DNA from: Bugula neritina
Lineage: Eukaryota; Animalia; Bryozoa
Assembly: GCA_964035545.1 (NCBI GenBank)
Contig: OZ037765.1
Coordinates: forward strand, 4,102,698-4,166,697
DNA length: 64,000 nt
Direction: 5' to 3'
Both the position numbers and the translations under genes were made by a program. The notes beneath the pieces are model-generated. The model worked only from the letters and a program-made list of their open reading frames with translations. It did no database searches and was not told where the DNA came from. This document shows, piece after piece, positions 34,501-49,783 of the stretch; the stretch's first letter is position 1, and every line of letters begins with the position of its first letter.

Positions 34501-37500
34501 TAAATCGCTGCTGGCAGAGGTTACATTCGCGATTACTTTCACCTCCTTGATGAGTCCTAATCTCCCTCTCTGTGGCAGGGGTAATCCAGTTGGAGGTTGC
34601 TTCCAACTGGTGTGGCAGTTGCCTGGTTGTAGAAGTTGTTGGGGCCGGCTCTGGGTCCAACGCCATCTCTAGAGAAGGCATGCCCGGAGAGACGGGCGCG
34701 AGTGTGTCTACAAAAGTAGAATTATTGTTAGATCGCGGTGGATCTTTACAACATAATTCTAGTGACTGTCGACTGTTATTAGCCTGAGAGTCACAACTTT
34801 TGGAATGCACTCGAGGAACCGATGAATCATGTGTAGACTGACCAAGAACAGTGTCTAGCTCCAGGTCTAACAGACCGTCGGCCATTACAGTGTCCTCATC
34901 GTCATTCACATGAAACGTGGTTCCCAGTAATTCTGATTCAATCTGATGAATTAGTTCAGAATTTACTGGCATCGAGCTCGTTTCCATGAATAGGAATACA
35001 AGACTTATACTGGCTTACCTGTGAACTCGGTATTAATGTCCATACTCAACGTTCTTGGTAAGATTGAAGCTGGTTGTGAGATACGTCTGCCTTTGGCGAT
35101 GTCAGCGTAAGAAAAGGCTGAGCATCGTTTCTGAGGCACGAGGTCGGAACTATTTGCTTTACGCGCATTAATTCCTCCCACTATTTCGCCCTCGCAAAAG
35201 TTGATATTTGCGTGGGGTCCACAACTCCAACATTTTATCGTACGGTTTTCCCCTAGACTTTCATGCGTGCCGCTTTTAATGCAGTCACATACGAAGTCTT
35301 TTAAATATGGTGGGGGTTTACTCGTACGCTGTCCCCGTTCTAGGGGGAGTGACACGCTCGCCGGTTCGTTAGTAGGGGCCTCTAATGGCGTCTCTACTTC
35401 ACCGTTAGCGGTCACCTCTTCTTGTTCTCCGGATGGAGCCCCTCCCTCCGTGGGGGTTTGCACTTTCGGAACCGGCTCGGTTTCTCGAAGTGATGGAATT
35501 AGACTTGGCGGTGGCGGACACGCTTCTGTTGACAAAAGCTGTCGCTCCTCTCTCACCAAGTTTTCCTCCCGCGGTATGACCACTTCGTATTCAGGTCCAT
35601 GCCGCCGTCGCCCGCGCGTTGTTGTCTGCCTCCTAGGCTCCAACAACGGGGGGGCTTCTCCCACTGCGTCGGGGCTAGCCCAATACGGTTTCAAGCGAGG
35701 CTCATTCTGGATAGACACCTGTCCTGAGCGCTCAATCTTGTACGTATGGTTGGGCATAGCCTCGACGATCACGTAGGGTCCTACAAACTTAGGCTTCAGT
35801 TTATCAGCCTGTCCGCGACGCCTACGGTAATTGACCATCCACACCTTATCTCCCGTTTGGTAGAGAGGTGGTTCATCGGAATATTCGTGCCGCACCTTCC
35901 ACTGCTGTTCGCGCAGTATATCGTGTGCGGCCTTCATCCGTTCCACTAGTTCACTGGCATACTCGTGAACCGAGTTGTCTTGCTCTGGAACGTGGTAGGT
36001 AAGATGGTCAGGGACACGAGTCTCTCTCCCGAGCATCAAGAGGTTTGGGGTCTCACCAGTACTGGTGTGTGGAGTGCTACGGTATGCACGAATGACTTGC
36101 GGCAACACCGTATCCCATTCCTCTTGGCCTTGTCCAAGGAGGAGACTCCGGAGCGCATCACCTAGCATCCGGTTGTTGCGCTCCACCATCTTGTTACCTT
36201 GAGGGTGGTAGGGGGTGGTCCGGCTCTGATTTACTCCCCAGAGGTGGCAAAGGTCGCTCATCAGTTGAGACTGGAATTGAGCGCCTTGATCAGAGTGTAT
36301 CTGTTCGGGGAGGCCAAAATAACAGAATACATGTTGGTCTAGTGCCCTGGCCACTGTCGGGGCTGACGCATCTGAGATAGCCAGAGCATCCGCCCACCTA
36401 GTAAAGTGGTCGGTTAGTACTAAGATCCAACTATTGCCTCTGGGGGTCAGGGGCATGGGTCCGACCAGGTCTACAGCGACTACTTGCCAGGGCCTTCCAG
36501 CATATAACCTCCGCCGTCCTGCTTCACCAGGGGGACGGCTATGCTTACTGGCCTGGCAGATCTCACACTGTTTGACTCTGAGTCGGACGTCACGCTCCAT
36601 TTGTGGCCAATACCACCGGAGTCGTAATTTGGATATCACTCTCTTGACCTCTGCGTGGGCCTGTTTGTGAGTATCCCAAATCAACTCACGGCGGATGGCA
36701 GTGGGGCAGACTATCCTCCTCCTCTCGGGGTGTCTGCCGCTGGCGGCTAGAGAGATGGTTAGTAAACCATCTTGCCCGATCCGCAGCGAGTCCCAACGCT
36801 GACAGTATAGCCGGAACTCGGCGCATCCCTGTCTTATGCGTTCCTCGCTGGGTCGCCGCCCTTCCTTTTTGGCCCGATATATGTCTGCCACCACTCCAGG
36901 CAGCTCTCCTTGGAGCTTCTTCAGCTCTCGGACATTATCGGCCAGTACAGGATTGGCGCGGAGGTTTTGTACAACCTCCGGGGACTCGTCAATCTCCTGT
37001 CTTAGTTGACCCTGGTCCCAGTCAAACGGTGCTCCGTGGTGAGCCAGCGTCTCCAGCTCACATCGCGGGGGACCTCCATCTCTCCTCTCGATGTTGAGAC
37101 ACTGTTTGCAACCTCCCTCAGGTCGACGACTCAGACCATCCGCATTGCTGTGTCTTTTGCCCGGTCGATGTTCGATCCGGTATGAGAACTCAGCTAGGAT
37201 CTCGAGCCACCGGGCGACCTGACTAGAGGGCTCCGCTCTCTTGCACAACCAGATCAGCGAGGCATGATCTGTACGCAGCCGGAACTTCCTGCCATATAGG
37301 TATGGTCGGAAGTGCTTCACTGACTTGATTACTGCCAGCAGCTCCTTGCGGGTAGTGCAGTAATTTCGTTCAGCGGGTGAGAGAGACTTGCTGTAGTAGG
37401 CTACTACTACCTCTCGGCCTTCCTGCACTTGTGACAGCACAGCGCCAACATTTTGGTCACTGGTGTCTGTGTCGAGGATGTACTCTAGAGTGGGGTCTGG

Positions 37501-40500
37501 GTAGGCCAAGATGGGCGCCGTTAGTAGGCAGCCCTTGAGGCGGTCGAACGCTCCTTGTTCGACTGGGGTCCACTGCCACGTCACTCCCTTTGCGGTGAGC
37601 CGATTTAACGGCTGTGCTATGCCCGCAAAGTCTGGTATGTATTGCCTGTAATACCCTACCAGCCCCAAGAAAGCCCGGAGTCCGGTCAAGTCTTGGGGGG
37701 TGACCCAGTCTTCTATTGCCCGTACCTTCTCGGGATCCGTTGCCACGCCGTTTCGACCGACAACGTGCCCTAGGTACTTAACCTCTGGCTGCAATAGAGC
37801 GCACTTGGAAGGTTTGAGCTTAAGACCGGCACCTCGGAGTCTCTCAAGGACCTCCTGCAGACAACTGACATGCGTCTCGAAGTCTGGGGAGATCACGATG
37901 ACATCATCGAGGTAGACCAGCAGTGTCTTCCAATGGAGCCCGCTAAGGACTTGCTCCATCAGCCTCTGGAAGGTGGCCGGGGCGGAGGTTAACCCGAAGG
38001 GCAGCACCTTCCACTTCCACAACCCGTCCCGTGTGATAAACGCCGCTTTCTCCTGGGCGTCGGGACTCAAAGGGATATGCCAGTAGCCACTCAGCAAGTC
38101 TAACGTACTGAAGTACTTGCTGCCGGCTAGGGCGTCCAGTGACTCGTCAATACGAGGTAGAGATTAGGCGTCCTGTATGGTTACGTTGTTGAGTTTGCGG
38201 TAATCCACACAGAACCGCCAACTGCCGTCTTTCTTCCGGACCAGTACGACCGGTAAGCTCCACGCACTATGGGCCGGCTCTATGAGGCCGCGGTCCAGAA
38301 GATCCCGTACTTGTCGGCTAACCTCCTTCTCCGGCCCCAGCCTACGTGTGGGCTGCCGGACAGGGACTGTCCCTGCAGTCAGCAGTATTTCGTGTCTGAC
38401 AACTCCAGTCAGCCCCACGCCATGATCTCCGCTACTGAACACATCACCGTAGTCGCGTAGCAACTTCGCCATAGCTTGGCGTTCCTTGTTGCTCGCGCAG
38501 CCGCCACAGGCTGTTTCATATAACTCCCGGAGATGTGTTGGGACTGCCCCTCGTCCCTGAATCGGGTGTCGAGGGGGTGTCTCCGTCGCGTCACCCAGCG
38601 ACGGGCCCACGTCCTCTTCCTGGACGGAGTGGAACCGGCCCAGCATTGGCCCAGCTGGGAGCTAAATGGGCTCGGTAAAGGGGTTGACACACTGCACTAA
38701 GACCTCCCCTCGCTCAGTTAGTCGGTTCAAACTACTGGCGAGTTGGATCCTTTCGTGCGCGCCTTCAACGACCCCGAGCCTGGCTATCCGGTGGCTGTTC
38801 ACTCGGCAGTGGAAAGTAGCTCTGGAGCGTCCGGGCACGGTGCAGTTTCGAACTACCTGGACACCGCCCACCAAAGGACGCCCAAACTTATCCACACAGG
38901 CAAGTTCTCGCCCGCCCATCAGCACCACCGACTTGCTAAAGTCTATTCGGCACTGGTGTTGCTTCAAGAAGGGCATGCCGAGGATAGCATCCTCCTCCAG
39001 TTGGCTTATGACAAAGGTCTCCTGTACAGCCTGGTCTCGGACACGCCTGGGGAGCTCGATAATACCGTAAAAGGGAATACATGACCCGTCTGCCAGGGTG
39101 CCATGTTCCCCCGTATACGGTCGTACTCTATCCCTGTCCCGGCGGGCAGTGCTTCAAAGACTCTACGACTGAGAAGGTTGGTAGTACAACCGGAGTCGAG
39201 CAGGAAAGTGACGGCGTTGCCGGCCACCTTTCCAGGTAGGAAATAGCTCTCTCCATGTGGTTGTACTTTCACCCCCCCCGCATGTGCTGTCTTAGATTGG
39301 TAGGACGGCGGGGGTTTCACCCGTGGTTTGCAGGGTTTCCGGCGGCAAGGTTGGTGCCGGCGGGGTTTGGGGCTCTCCACTGGGCCTTCTGGCTCCATTT
39401 CAGTGGCGGGCTCCTCTTCCCGAGATAACCGGTGGAACCGGTTGGCGAGTGGCAGGGAGAAGGTACTCGGCCGTTGTGCGGGCCTACTAGTCCTGCGTGG
39501 TACCTGCCACTCGGGGGGAGTGTTCTGTCGTGTCCGTACGGACAGACGGCGGCGTGTCCCACCATACTCCTTTAGTTGCGGCCCGCGGGAGGGAGAGCGT
39601 CCGCGGGCCGTGACAGTTTAACGCCCCCTGGTTTTGGGGTCGTCCTTTCTGTCCATGGTCTCGACCAGCACTACTCCAGTCTGGCCCCACAGGTGTTGGG
39701 GGCAACCGCAGGGCCTGACCGGGGCCAGCGCCGGCCAGAATTGTTACCAGCTGTCCCAGCATCTCTACCATGCGGTCCACTTCGGCTTCCAGCGGGGGGC
39801 TTCGGGGCTTGTTGTAGCCCTGGCAGCACTTACTCCAACTACTGGTGGGTTCCGTTGTGCTCGATGCATTTGGGTAGCCAACAGGTAAGCTTCTCCAGCC
39901 TTCAGGGCATCCTCTATCCTGGTTATCCCTTTTGCTCGGAGCTGATGGTGTAGGCCCAGGTCATTGAGTGACTGGACAAAGGCGTCGTATGTGTAACGCT
40001 CTTGGTGTTGTGCGGGCAGATCGCCGTACGCAATCTGTGCTAGCTTCTTCACCGTCGCGGCATGTTCTTGTAGCAAGGTCCGTGGGGCGCGGCACAGCCT
40101 CTGTAGCTTAGTCCTAGCGTCTACTGCGGAGATACCAAAACGGGCCCGCAGCGCAGCCAGTATTCCGTTTACGTCCGTTCCCACTCCGTACGGCTTGGCT
40201 TGCTCCGTCAACGCCCTCCGCAATTGGATGAGGGCCACTCTATGCGGCCATTGAGCAATCTCCATTACTTCTCTAAATTCTTGTATAAACTGTTCGACAT
40301 CTTCTGACCCAGTAAAGGTGGGAGCTTTCAAGCAATATCTATAAGCTTCTTCTCCCTCACGATTCACAGGATTAACATCATTTCTACGCTCACCTTCTAC
40401 TGGGGGTGGTTGCATTCTAGCATTTTCAGTCTCCATCTTTGATGTGCACTATCCCACCGCTGCCACCACTGTTATAGTCTCAGAATTAGGGTCGATGTGC

Positions 40501-43500
40501 AACCAAGAGAGTCTATTTATTACTAGAGAAACTTCACCGTGATAAGTCGAGTAGATATCGTTATATTTTAATACAAGAATACATAATAAAAGCTAATATA
40601 CAACAGTTAATAATGCACACGTCTATTTAATTTACAGCACTATCCTCAACTGGCTAGTAGCGCGAAGCTACTACTATTATTCATGAGCGGCCTAGCTAAT
40701 TGGTTAATACATTGTTCCGGGTCAATACGCAACCTTGCGTATTGTGTTGCTGGTAGCTCCACGAGCCACCACAATAATATATAAATTGTTGTTTACAAGC
40801 ACAGCACGCTTTTCAGCTATTTTAGGTCTGCTTTTGTGTAAATTTTACCCATACTTGAACTAACTGGGTACTCATTTGCTATTGGCTATGAATTTTTTTT
40901 GTATATGATGACTTCCCTTCAAGTTTAAAGCTCAGTTTCAAGTTTAGTGATCAAAGTATACTAATATTAGCAGACATTCTGCTGGTTGTTTATTTCTACA
41001 TGCTTCTTGCAACAATTTTCAACATTCATAATTAATTTGCCCAGTTTTCTGAAAATACAAATTAGATAGAAATTTTGAACTTTGATTCAGTTTGGTGATT
41101 AAGCTGTGTATTGCAGCTGCCAAGAGTAGTATGCAATGAAAGTCAGCAATAGTTATTATTAGTTATACCAACAATTTCGGAGCTGGCTGGAAATCTCATC
41201 AGCAAGTGATCAGAAGTTTTAAATTCTTTAAATTGTGATCCAAAAAAATGTTTGAGCATGTGTAGTGGAAATTCATAATGTAGAGTTATCTTCTTTTTGA
41301 TATTCTTATCGTTTGTAATAATTAATATCAATGCTAGAACTTTGTTTTCCGAAACTCCGAGTCCCGAAGTCATCATTTGGGACTGGAAGTGGTTAGAAAT
41401 TCTAAATTCTTTAAATAATTATAATTAGAAAAATTGTTTGAGCATGCAACGCTCAAATAGTGTGTAGTGTGGTAAATATTAAGAGTTATCCCCCTTGACA
41501 CTTTACTTATGGCTATTTTTCTAAATACTGTAATCATAGCTAATTATGTAGCGTAACTTTCTAATACCTTAAACACTATGGCTAATGTTGAGCTTTTAAC
41601 ATAGTAAATAGTTAATCCCCTTTCCCCCAATTACAAGTTACAATACGCATACACTTGGTTGGGTTCATTTTTGTTGATTCATGTAAACCGACAGTTGGAC
41701 CGATTTCGGCAGGTGGATGCAGGCAGACCGAAAGTCGGTTACCGATATTTCCAGTGTCGGTTACCGACATGACGAATGTCGGTATCCCCTGCCGAACATC
41801 GCCCGCTGTCGGTAGAAGGTTCTAGAGGTCCTTTGTTCTACCAGTATAAAAGGACACGCATTTTAGAGCTTCAGTCACTTGCGGACTGGAGCTCACACTG
41901 GATACTTCTCACTGCTACAATAAAGTACTGCAAGCAGACGGCAACCTCTCTCTCTTGTCTCTTCTATAACAAGGAGTTATGTTCTCTGCCTGATTTCATT
42001 CTATCACCCACAAAACTACTACAGTAGTATGTGTGCGGGTGTATTTTAATAAAATGAGATTATTTATAAGGAAACTATCCATTTATAAACTCTTTTAATA
42101 AAGCCATGTTAATAGGATACTTGGCATTTGTTGTAAATTGTAGTAAAGGAATAATTATTATACTTCCGTGCTGTTTATTTTTATTAGAAATTCTGAAGCT
42201 ATCTGGAGACCCAGTATCTTCTCACACAGATGTGTCACCAGGAGAAATCAAAATCACATGGGAATTCCCAGCTACTGCACCTAATAAGGAGCTCACAACT
42301 ACTCATTTTAAAATAGAATGTTCAGACAACTCCAACTTCAACACAATAATAAGCTCTAAATTAGTTTCTATAGACTACAGAGAGACTGTGATTAGTAATC
42401 TGAATATACAACAACCTTACTATGCTAAAGTATCTACTGTGAGAAATTATAATGGTGAAGAGTTAATACAAGATGTCTATACAGTCAGCTCTCTATTCTG
42501 TGCAGGTATGAATATTTGACTAGTAACAATGTGTATAAAACTATACCATTTCTTAAAATTTAATCCACATTGTTGTATTGGGGTCAGTTAGTTAATTCAC
42601 TGAAGATGTAACTTCATTCTCACATATTATAGAAAGAGGTAAATTAACACCTGAAGATATTATCATAAAAGAAAGTGGGATTCTGAAACCAGAAGAAGAG
42701 AGAATAGTTACTGTGTCTATACCTTCACTAGTAAGTTTATATTTTATATCTTTGCTTATATTTCAGCTTTAGTATTAGGTTGGAAATTATATTTTGAGCA
42801 TAGTCTTGCAATTACTTATAAACATTACTATTATTATTACTGTGTCAATATTATTTGGGTAGGTTTGTTTAATAATCATAATTAATTTATAATTGGTTCA
42901 CAATTCACACTGTTTAGATTATTCTGACGCCATAGCCACCTACTTCTAGCTGCTGAGTTATTCAATAGTGTTCCTAAATTAAGGCTAATATTATTTAAAC
43001 TCATTCCCTGTAACAGGAAGCTGATGACTGTGTATCCAGTGTTACATTAACTTATGGAAGTGGACAATTATCCAATCAGATAAAGGCAGGACCATGGACT
43101 TTCACTAAACAGCAAGGTGTGACCTTTGAACTGACTATTAAAGTAGAACTACGAGATGGACATGAGAATATAATATGGCAGGAAACATACACAACTAGTA
43201 AAGGTGAGTAGAAGTTATTGCTATTAGCCTAGGGCCACACGGTGCGTATTTTCGCATGCGAAAATTGAAATCACAAGTAGCAAAGGTGTCCACTGTGCGC
43301 GTTGAGAAAACCTTCGCACTTGTCGCTCTGCATTCTCAACGCAAGTGCGAATCGTCTCTGTCGTCGTCACCTAATTGGCTGATAGTTATTCAGTGAGCCC
43401 AACTTCTTTATTTTAGTGCTACATTCCAGTAAATTGCGTTTTATTGAAAGCGAGTGCGATTTAAAAATGAAAGCTTTATTTATCACGCATCACTGACGCT

Positions 43501-46500
43501 ACAGTGGACACCTTTGCTACTTGCGATTTCAATTTTCGCATGCGAAAATACGCACCGTGTGGCCCTAGGCTTAGTGAATTATTATTATGTACCAAGTGGA
43601 GATAACTTTGCTCCTTCATACATTCACACAGTTAACATGGTTATATTAATGATATGCGCAACGGTGATAAATTTTTTATAATAAACCCTGCTTTGTAGCA
43701 CCCAACTTACCAGATGGACTGACAGTTGACACCAGAACTTCTTCTTCAGTTACCATCTACTGGTCTCCAGTAGTTTATACAGATAATATCTACTCTATTC
43801 AACGGTATCAGGTCAGTGCTAGTGTGATATGTAAACTATCAGCAAACCTACGTTGATATGTGCAGCATCTAATTCAATATAACAAAATTATATATTACTG
43901 GAAATTTGTTTATCTTGAAACGTTCCGTTGGCTAATGCTGGACACATAAAAGTAAATGGTAGTTGCTTCATGTACTGTTTTAATATACAATCACTGGCTT
44001 ATACAGGTAACATGCATCACAACCAACAACACATTTAATGAAAGTGTGACAGTAAACTCAATGAGTTACTATAACACACCTGACTCTTCTACCACCTCTC
44101 TAACTATAGAATCACTCTATAGTCAAGTAGAATACAACTGTACAGTTAAAGCTCTTCTGTCTGAAAATGAGTTTGGAGAAAGTTCTAGAGAAGTTGTGTT
44201 CTGGACTAAACCTGAAGGTAAATGATCTTAACGTCACCAAGCTGCAGAAACATTTCAATGCCGCTTGCTTTATATTTTGATATGCAGAGTTAAAAATGGA
44301 TTGAATAATCTACAAAAGCATTGGCTAGTTGTGATAAGATGCTATTAATTACAATAAACAATGTGTTATTTTAGAGCCAGTGTTGACATACAGCAATGAT
44401 GGCAATAATATAGTAAATGCATCAGAAGAAACCATTACAGTACTTTTACCAAACATCACATCACCTGGATATGACTCTATGGTTATTGTTGTTGAAAAGT
44501 TGTCATCCAGGAAAAAGAGATCCATTACTGTAGATAGCATAGACAATGTGACTGTTTATATAACAGCATCATTTCCTGTTACCAACTACTCATCCTCACT
44601 TAGTGTTGGTGATAACCAGATATATGGTGGATACTGGAACAGACCTCTAGACAACCAATACTCTTATCACATTGCTGTTGGATTTAAGGCTAAGACTGAA
44701 GAGGATGTTTTAAAGTTTATCACTATTCCTGGTGCAGAATCTGTAAGATGTAAGTGTGTAGCTAAGCATAATGCTCGACTTCATTGTGTATTCAGATTCT
44801 TAGTTGAGGTTTCTGTTGAATTAGAGATCAGTGTGCTCACTTGTCTCTGTATATTGAGATAGCATGAAGAGATCATTTACTCGTGTGTATATTATACAGT
44901 GAAAGGAGCTCCTCCTAGCAGTGGAACTACTGAGAAGAGTGCAGCAATAACACAGAAACCGGGCAGTATGGGAGGAATTATTGGGGGTGTCGTAGGAGGA
45001 CTCACAGCTCTGGTTATAGTGGTGGTGGTAGTGGCTGTGGTTATGAAGAGACGTAAGAAGTAAGTAACTTGTAGAACTGTTTCTGTAGTCTGCTGCATCT
45101 GGGAGTTGATTAGCTTAAATCTGTTTCTCATGGAATCTTTTGAATATATATTAGTATTTGTTACATTTTAGCTCAGATTCTGAAGATCCTAAACCCTCCT
45201 CATCTTCTCACATCCGCCGACCTGTCTCAGAGAAACCTCTCAGTAAGTATTACTGTAGTGTAGTTTTGTGAATACACTTCAGATGGTAAAGTAATAAATT
45301 TGGGTCGTCATAGCAACGATGGTCATGTTGATAGCTGAGCTATACTTGGCTCTCTATGGATTTTTGATATAGAACATCTTTTATATCAAAGTTGAGCAAG
45401 CTCACTGAATGTCGTTTTTAGTTATTGGTTTTTATTTGTTTCTGGTTGTTTGAAACTGCAAAGTTATGTAACCATGGTTATTAGAATTGAAAAATAATTG
45501 AATGTTTCATAAACATAAATAAGATAATTTAATTTCAAAGCATACTGCCTTCCTTATATAGTTGTGTAGTTTTTAAAGGTAAAGCTTTCATTTTGTGTTG
45601 AATTTATTGTTCTCAGGATCTACGATTGTACATCATTACTGTATGTTTATCTGTCTTATAGAAGGCCCTAAGCCTGTAGGTAGTGCTGCACCTTCTTCTA
45701 CAGTACCTGAACCCACAACCCTTGTCAGGGAGAATAACAGTGCTGAGGGGTCACATGATCAACATACAGACAACACGTATGAGAATACAGCTAAACTAAT
45801 TCCAGCTGCATCACGACCTCTGCTCATTCCACAACTTCACTCAATTATCAGTGCGGAAATCAGCACCTTCCAGAAAGACTCTTTCAAAGAAGAGTTTTTG
45901 GTTAGTTTTTAGAATTTTTGAACTCATTATCAACTCTTGATACATATTTTAGGGTGTGCGGTAAAAATGGCACAGGTAAAAAGGGCACAAGTGGCAAATT
46001 AGGTAAAACTGGCACGTTTTTAATAACAATGTTAGGGCTTTGAAACGGGGGGGGGGGAGTTTAGGGTTGAAGGATTGGGTTTGGGGAGAAAATTTACCAT
46101 CAGTTTGCCATCGTTACCTACTTTGTATTTGTGCCATTATTACCTAAAGGGATATTTTAGGGCTAGATAGTTTGTATTGCTTTACTCATTAGTTAGCAGA
46201 ACCTGTTATAGCTGGTAGATGGCATAACTTAGTTAATTATTTTCCAATAAAATTGAATATTTTTCAGCAAATCAAGGCTCCTGCTCTGCCTTGTAAAATT
46301 GGCCGGCTGCCAGAAAATGTGAAGAGAAACAGATTCAAGAATATCACTGCAGGTAACATTTGGAGAAGAAAAGCTGTTTATTTCTTAAATTCTAAAAGTT
46401 TAGTTCAATTTGTTAGTTTATAAGAGATTTTCTGAAGCTACTTCAATGTGAAGGTCATGTGAAGGTGACATGCTGGATTATGAGTCTCTACAAGTTATTT

Positions 46501-49343
46501 GCACAATGACATCATACTATCTAAATACTATGTATTTGTAATATAGTGTTGTGAAATTGTGCTTCACTTATTTGTGAGTAATGCTGTTGACTTAGAGTAA
46601 GAATATGTTTTATTCACGCAAGATATGCAAGATTTACTAACTACATAAAAGCATAAAAAGATTACATAATGCACAAGACTGTTCAAAGACTTAACTCTAC
46701 TGCTACTACTAGCCAACTGCCACTCTTAGAGCTCCTTAGCTTATTGTCAATAGCTCCTATCCCAATGCATTAGGTTCCACCCCATGTGTTACTAGCCATA
46801 AGCCTGTAGCATATAAGATCTTCGCTCTGCTGATTAGCTGCAACAGTTTTAGTATAATAATAGCTGATCTGCTGCAAGAGAATGCATCATGCCACGATGC
46901 ACAGGGATGCACAATGGTGTAGAAAAAGATATAGAGTTGTCCTTTCGTTATGAATTAGGGCACAACTCTCACAATAGTATATGTTTCACAACTAAAAAAA
47001 ACTCGCGCAAATTTATGGTCGCTATTCCTTTATATTAGTAATATACCATATATTTCATATCTGTAATATACTATATATTTCATACTTGTAATATACTATA
47101 TATTTCATATTTGTAATATACTATATATTTCGTACTTGTAATTTATACTATATATCACATACTTGTAATATACTATGTATTTTATACTTGTAATATACTA
47201 TATATTTTATACTTGTAATATACTATAATATATTTCATACTTGTAGTATTGTAATATGTTTAGCTGATGAAACTCGAGTAAAGCTGAAGGTGGATGAGTA
47301 TGACTCAGACTATGTCAATGCCAACTACATTCAAGTAAGTCATTACTAGAATTTTTTTTCTTTTCATTGCAGTAAAAAAAAGTTATCTGTCTATATCAGA
47401 TCAAATGGGGTGTCTGTAATTGATTAGGATTAAGTAAAGGGCAATAATATTCTTATGTATTTGTGTGTGTGTACATTCATTTTTGTGTGGTGCGCGTGCG
47501 TGCGTTTGTGTGCGTGCGTTTGTTCGTGTGTGTGTGTGTGTGCGTGTGTGTGTGCGTGCGTGCGTGCGTGCGTGTGTGTTCAAATGTTCTGAAGTTAAGT
47601 ACTTTAGCAAAAATCTGCAATCTAGAATTTGTTATCTCCACAATTTTATTTATTTAATCTTAGTAATACTGATCATACACTATTATAATATTTGTTAGAA
47701 TATTGTTCTGAATTATATATTTTAGGATTATCATGGACGTCAAAAGTTCATTGCCTGTCAAGGTACTCTTAATACTACTACTACATATATATTTTAAATC
47801 TTGTATATAATATTGTATATGGTGTATAGTAATGTGTATATAATACTGTATGTGGTGTATAGTAATGTGTATATAATGTTGTATATGGTGTATAGTAATG
47901 TGTTTATAATACTGTATATGGCGTATAGTAATGCGTATATAATGCTGTATATGGTGTATAGTAATGTGTATATAATACTGTATATGGTGTATAGTAATGT
48001 GTATATAATACTGTATATGGCGTATAGTAATGCGTATATAATGCTGTATATGGTGTATAGTAATGTGTATATAATACTGTATATGGTGTATAGTAATGTG
48101 TATATAATACTGTATATGGTGTATGGTAATGTGTTTATAACATAACTAATGACTAGAATACTTATTGCTGTGATTTTGTTTACTGAGCTCCATTCTGTTG
48201 AGATTATCATATGATTGATATTTTGTTACAGCTACTCACCTGTTACTTAAAAGTGTCCAATGGTAAAGCTGCATTCATGTTTCCTTGTTGTTATCAGTGC
48301 TGCTATTGGTTACTATCTATTTGATTGCTAGTTGGTCTGCTCTCCTCTGTGCAGTTACTATCCTCTGTTATTGTTTTAGTAATCCAACAATTATTATTAA
48401 GAGATTTCAACTGAGACATCAATGTGACTATGATCTCTATTATCCCTGTGTTTAATTTGTATAGTAAATCTAGTATGATGTGTTTGTGTCCACTTGTTTG
48501 GATTACATTCAAGTAGCATCCATACCTTGCGGATTGCTTCTAGTCACAGATGTAATGTAATGCCATTAATGTCTATCTTGTGTTATCAATTGACTTGGTT
48601 TAATTTGGTTCAGTGTTCGTGAAATATAATTTTATCTTTCTTCAGTAAGGAATGTTATTTCTAGAATGAAAATGCTGCTATGATTTATTAGTAATTGCTA
48701 TATAACATTTTAAATATCTGATTATCATCAAGAGTATTTATAATATTTTATTGCATCTTGTTCAATCATAACCAGCCGTAAGTCTCTTCCTTGTGTAGGG
48801 TGAGGGCTACTAACAGCTTTTTTGTTGATCATAAAATGCTTAGAAATTGCAGGCACAATGCCTGGCAAAGGGTAACTTTAAAATTTTTTCGCTTTGATAA
48901 ACCTGGAATAATTTTAGGTGAAATAATTTAGAGTGATTTCTATATTCGATAAACCTAAAAGTTCTCTATTCAAGTGATTTTACTTAAAATGATTTAAGAT
49001 ATTCCTAATATATTGCAGGACCAAATGATGCGACTCTGGAAGACATGTGGAGACTAATCCATGACTCCGGTACTTCCACTATAGTGATGCTGACTAACCC
49101 AGTGGAGGCTACAAAGGTTGGACTTCCTGTACAGTCTGCTTTGTGTTGTGTGAAATTATCAACTGTTGGTTGTTGGTAAATGTATGTTTTGTGTTCGTAG
49201 AAAAAGTGTTCAGTTTACTGGCCTGACAGCAGCAAAGTTAGTGTGACCTTTGGAAAGTTCAAGGTCACTCTGATAGAGGAGCAGATGTTTGCAGAGTATG
49301 TTGTCAGAAAACTTAAGTATACTTTCAATAAGGTGAGTCAGAT

Positions 49344-49419
<76 letters not shown>

Positions 49420-49598
49420 GCTACTGCTACTGCTACTGCTACTGCTACTGCTACTGCTAGTACTACTACTACTACTGCTAGTACTACTACTACTACTGTT
49501 ACTACTACTACTGCTACTACTGCTACTGCTACTGCTACTACTACTACTACTACTACTACTACTAGTACTACTACTACTACTGCTGCTACTACTACTAG

Positions 49599-49644
<46 letters not shown>

Positions 49645-49747
49645 GCTGCTGCTACTACTGCTACTGCTAGTACTACTACTACTACTGCTAGTACTACTAC
49701 TAATACTGTTACTACTACTACTGCTACTACTGCTACTGCTACTACTG

Positions 49748-49783
<36 letters not shown>

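Noticed and set aside
47401-48210. THAR/CVCV and YTIYSII repeat ORFs
   Set aside because: Micro- and minisatellite translations
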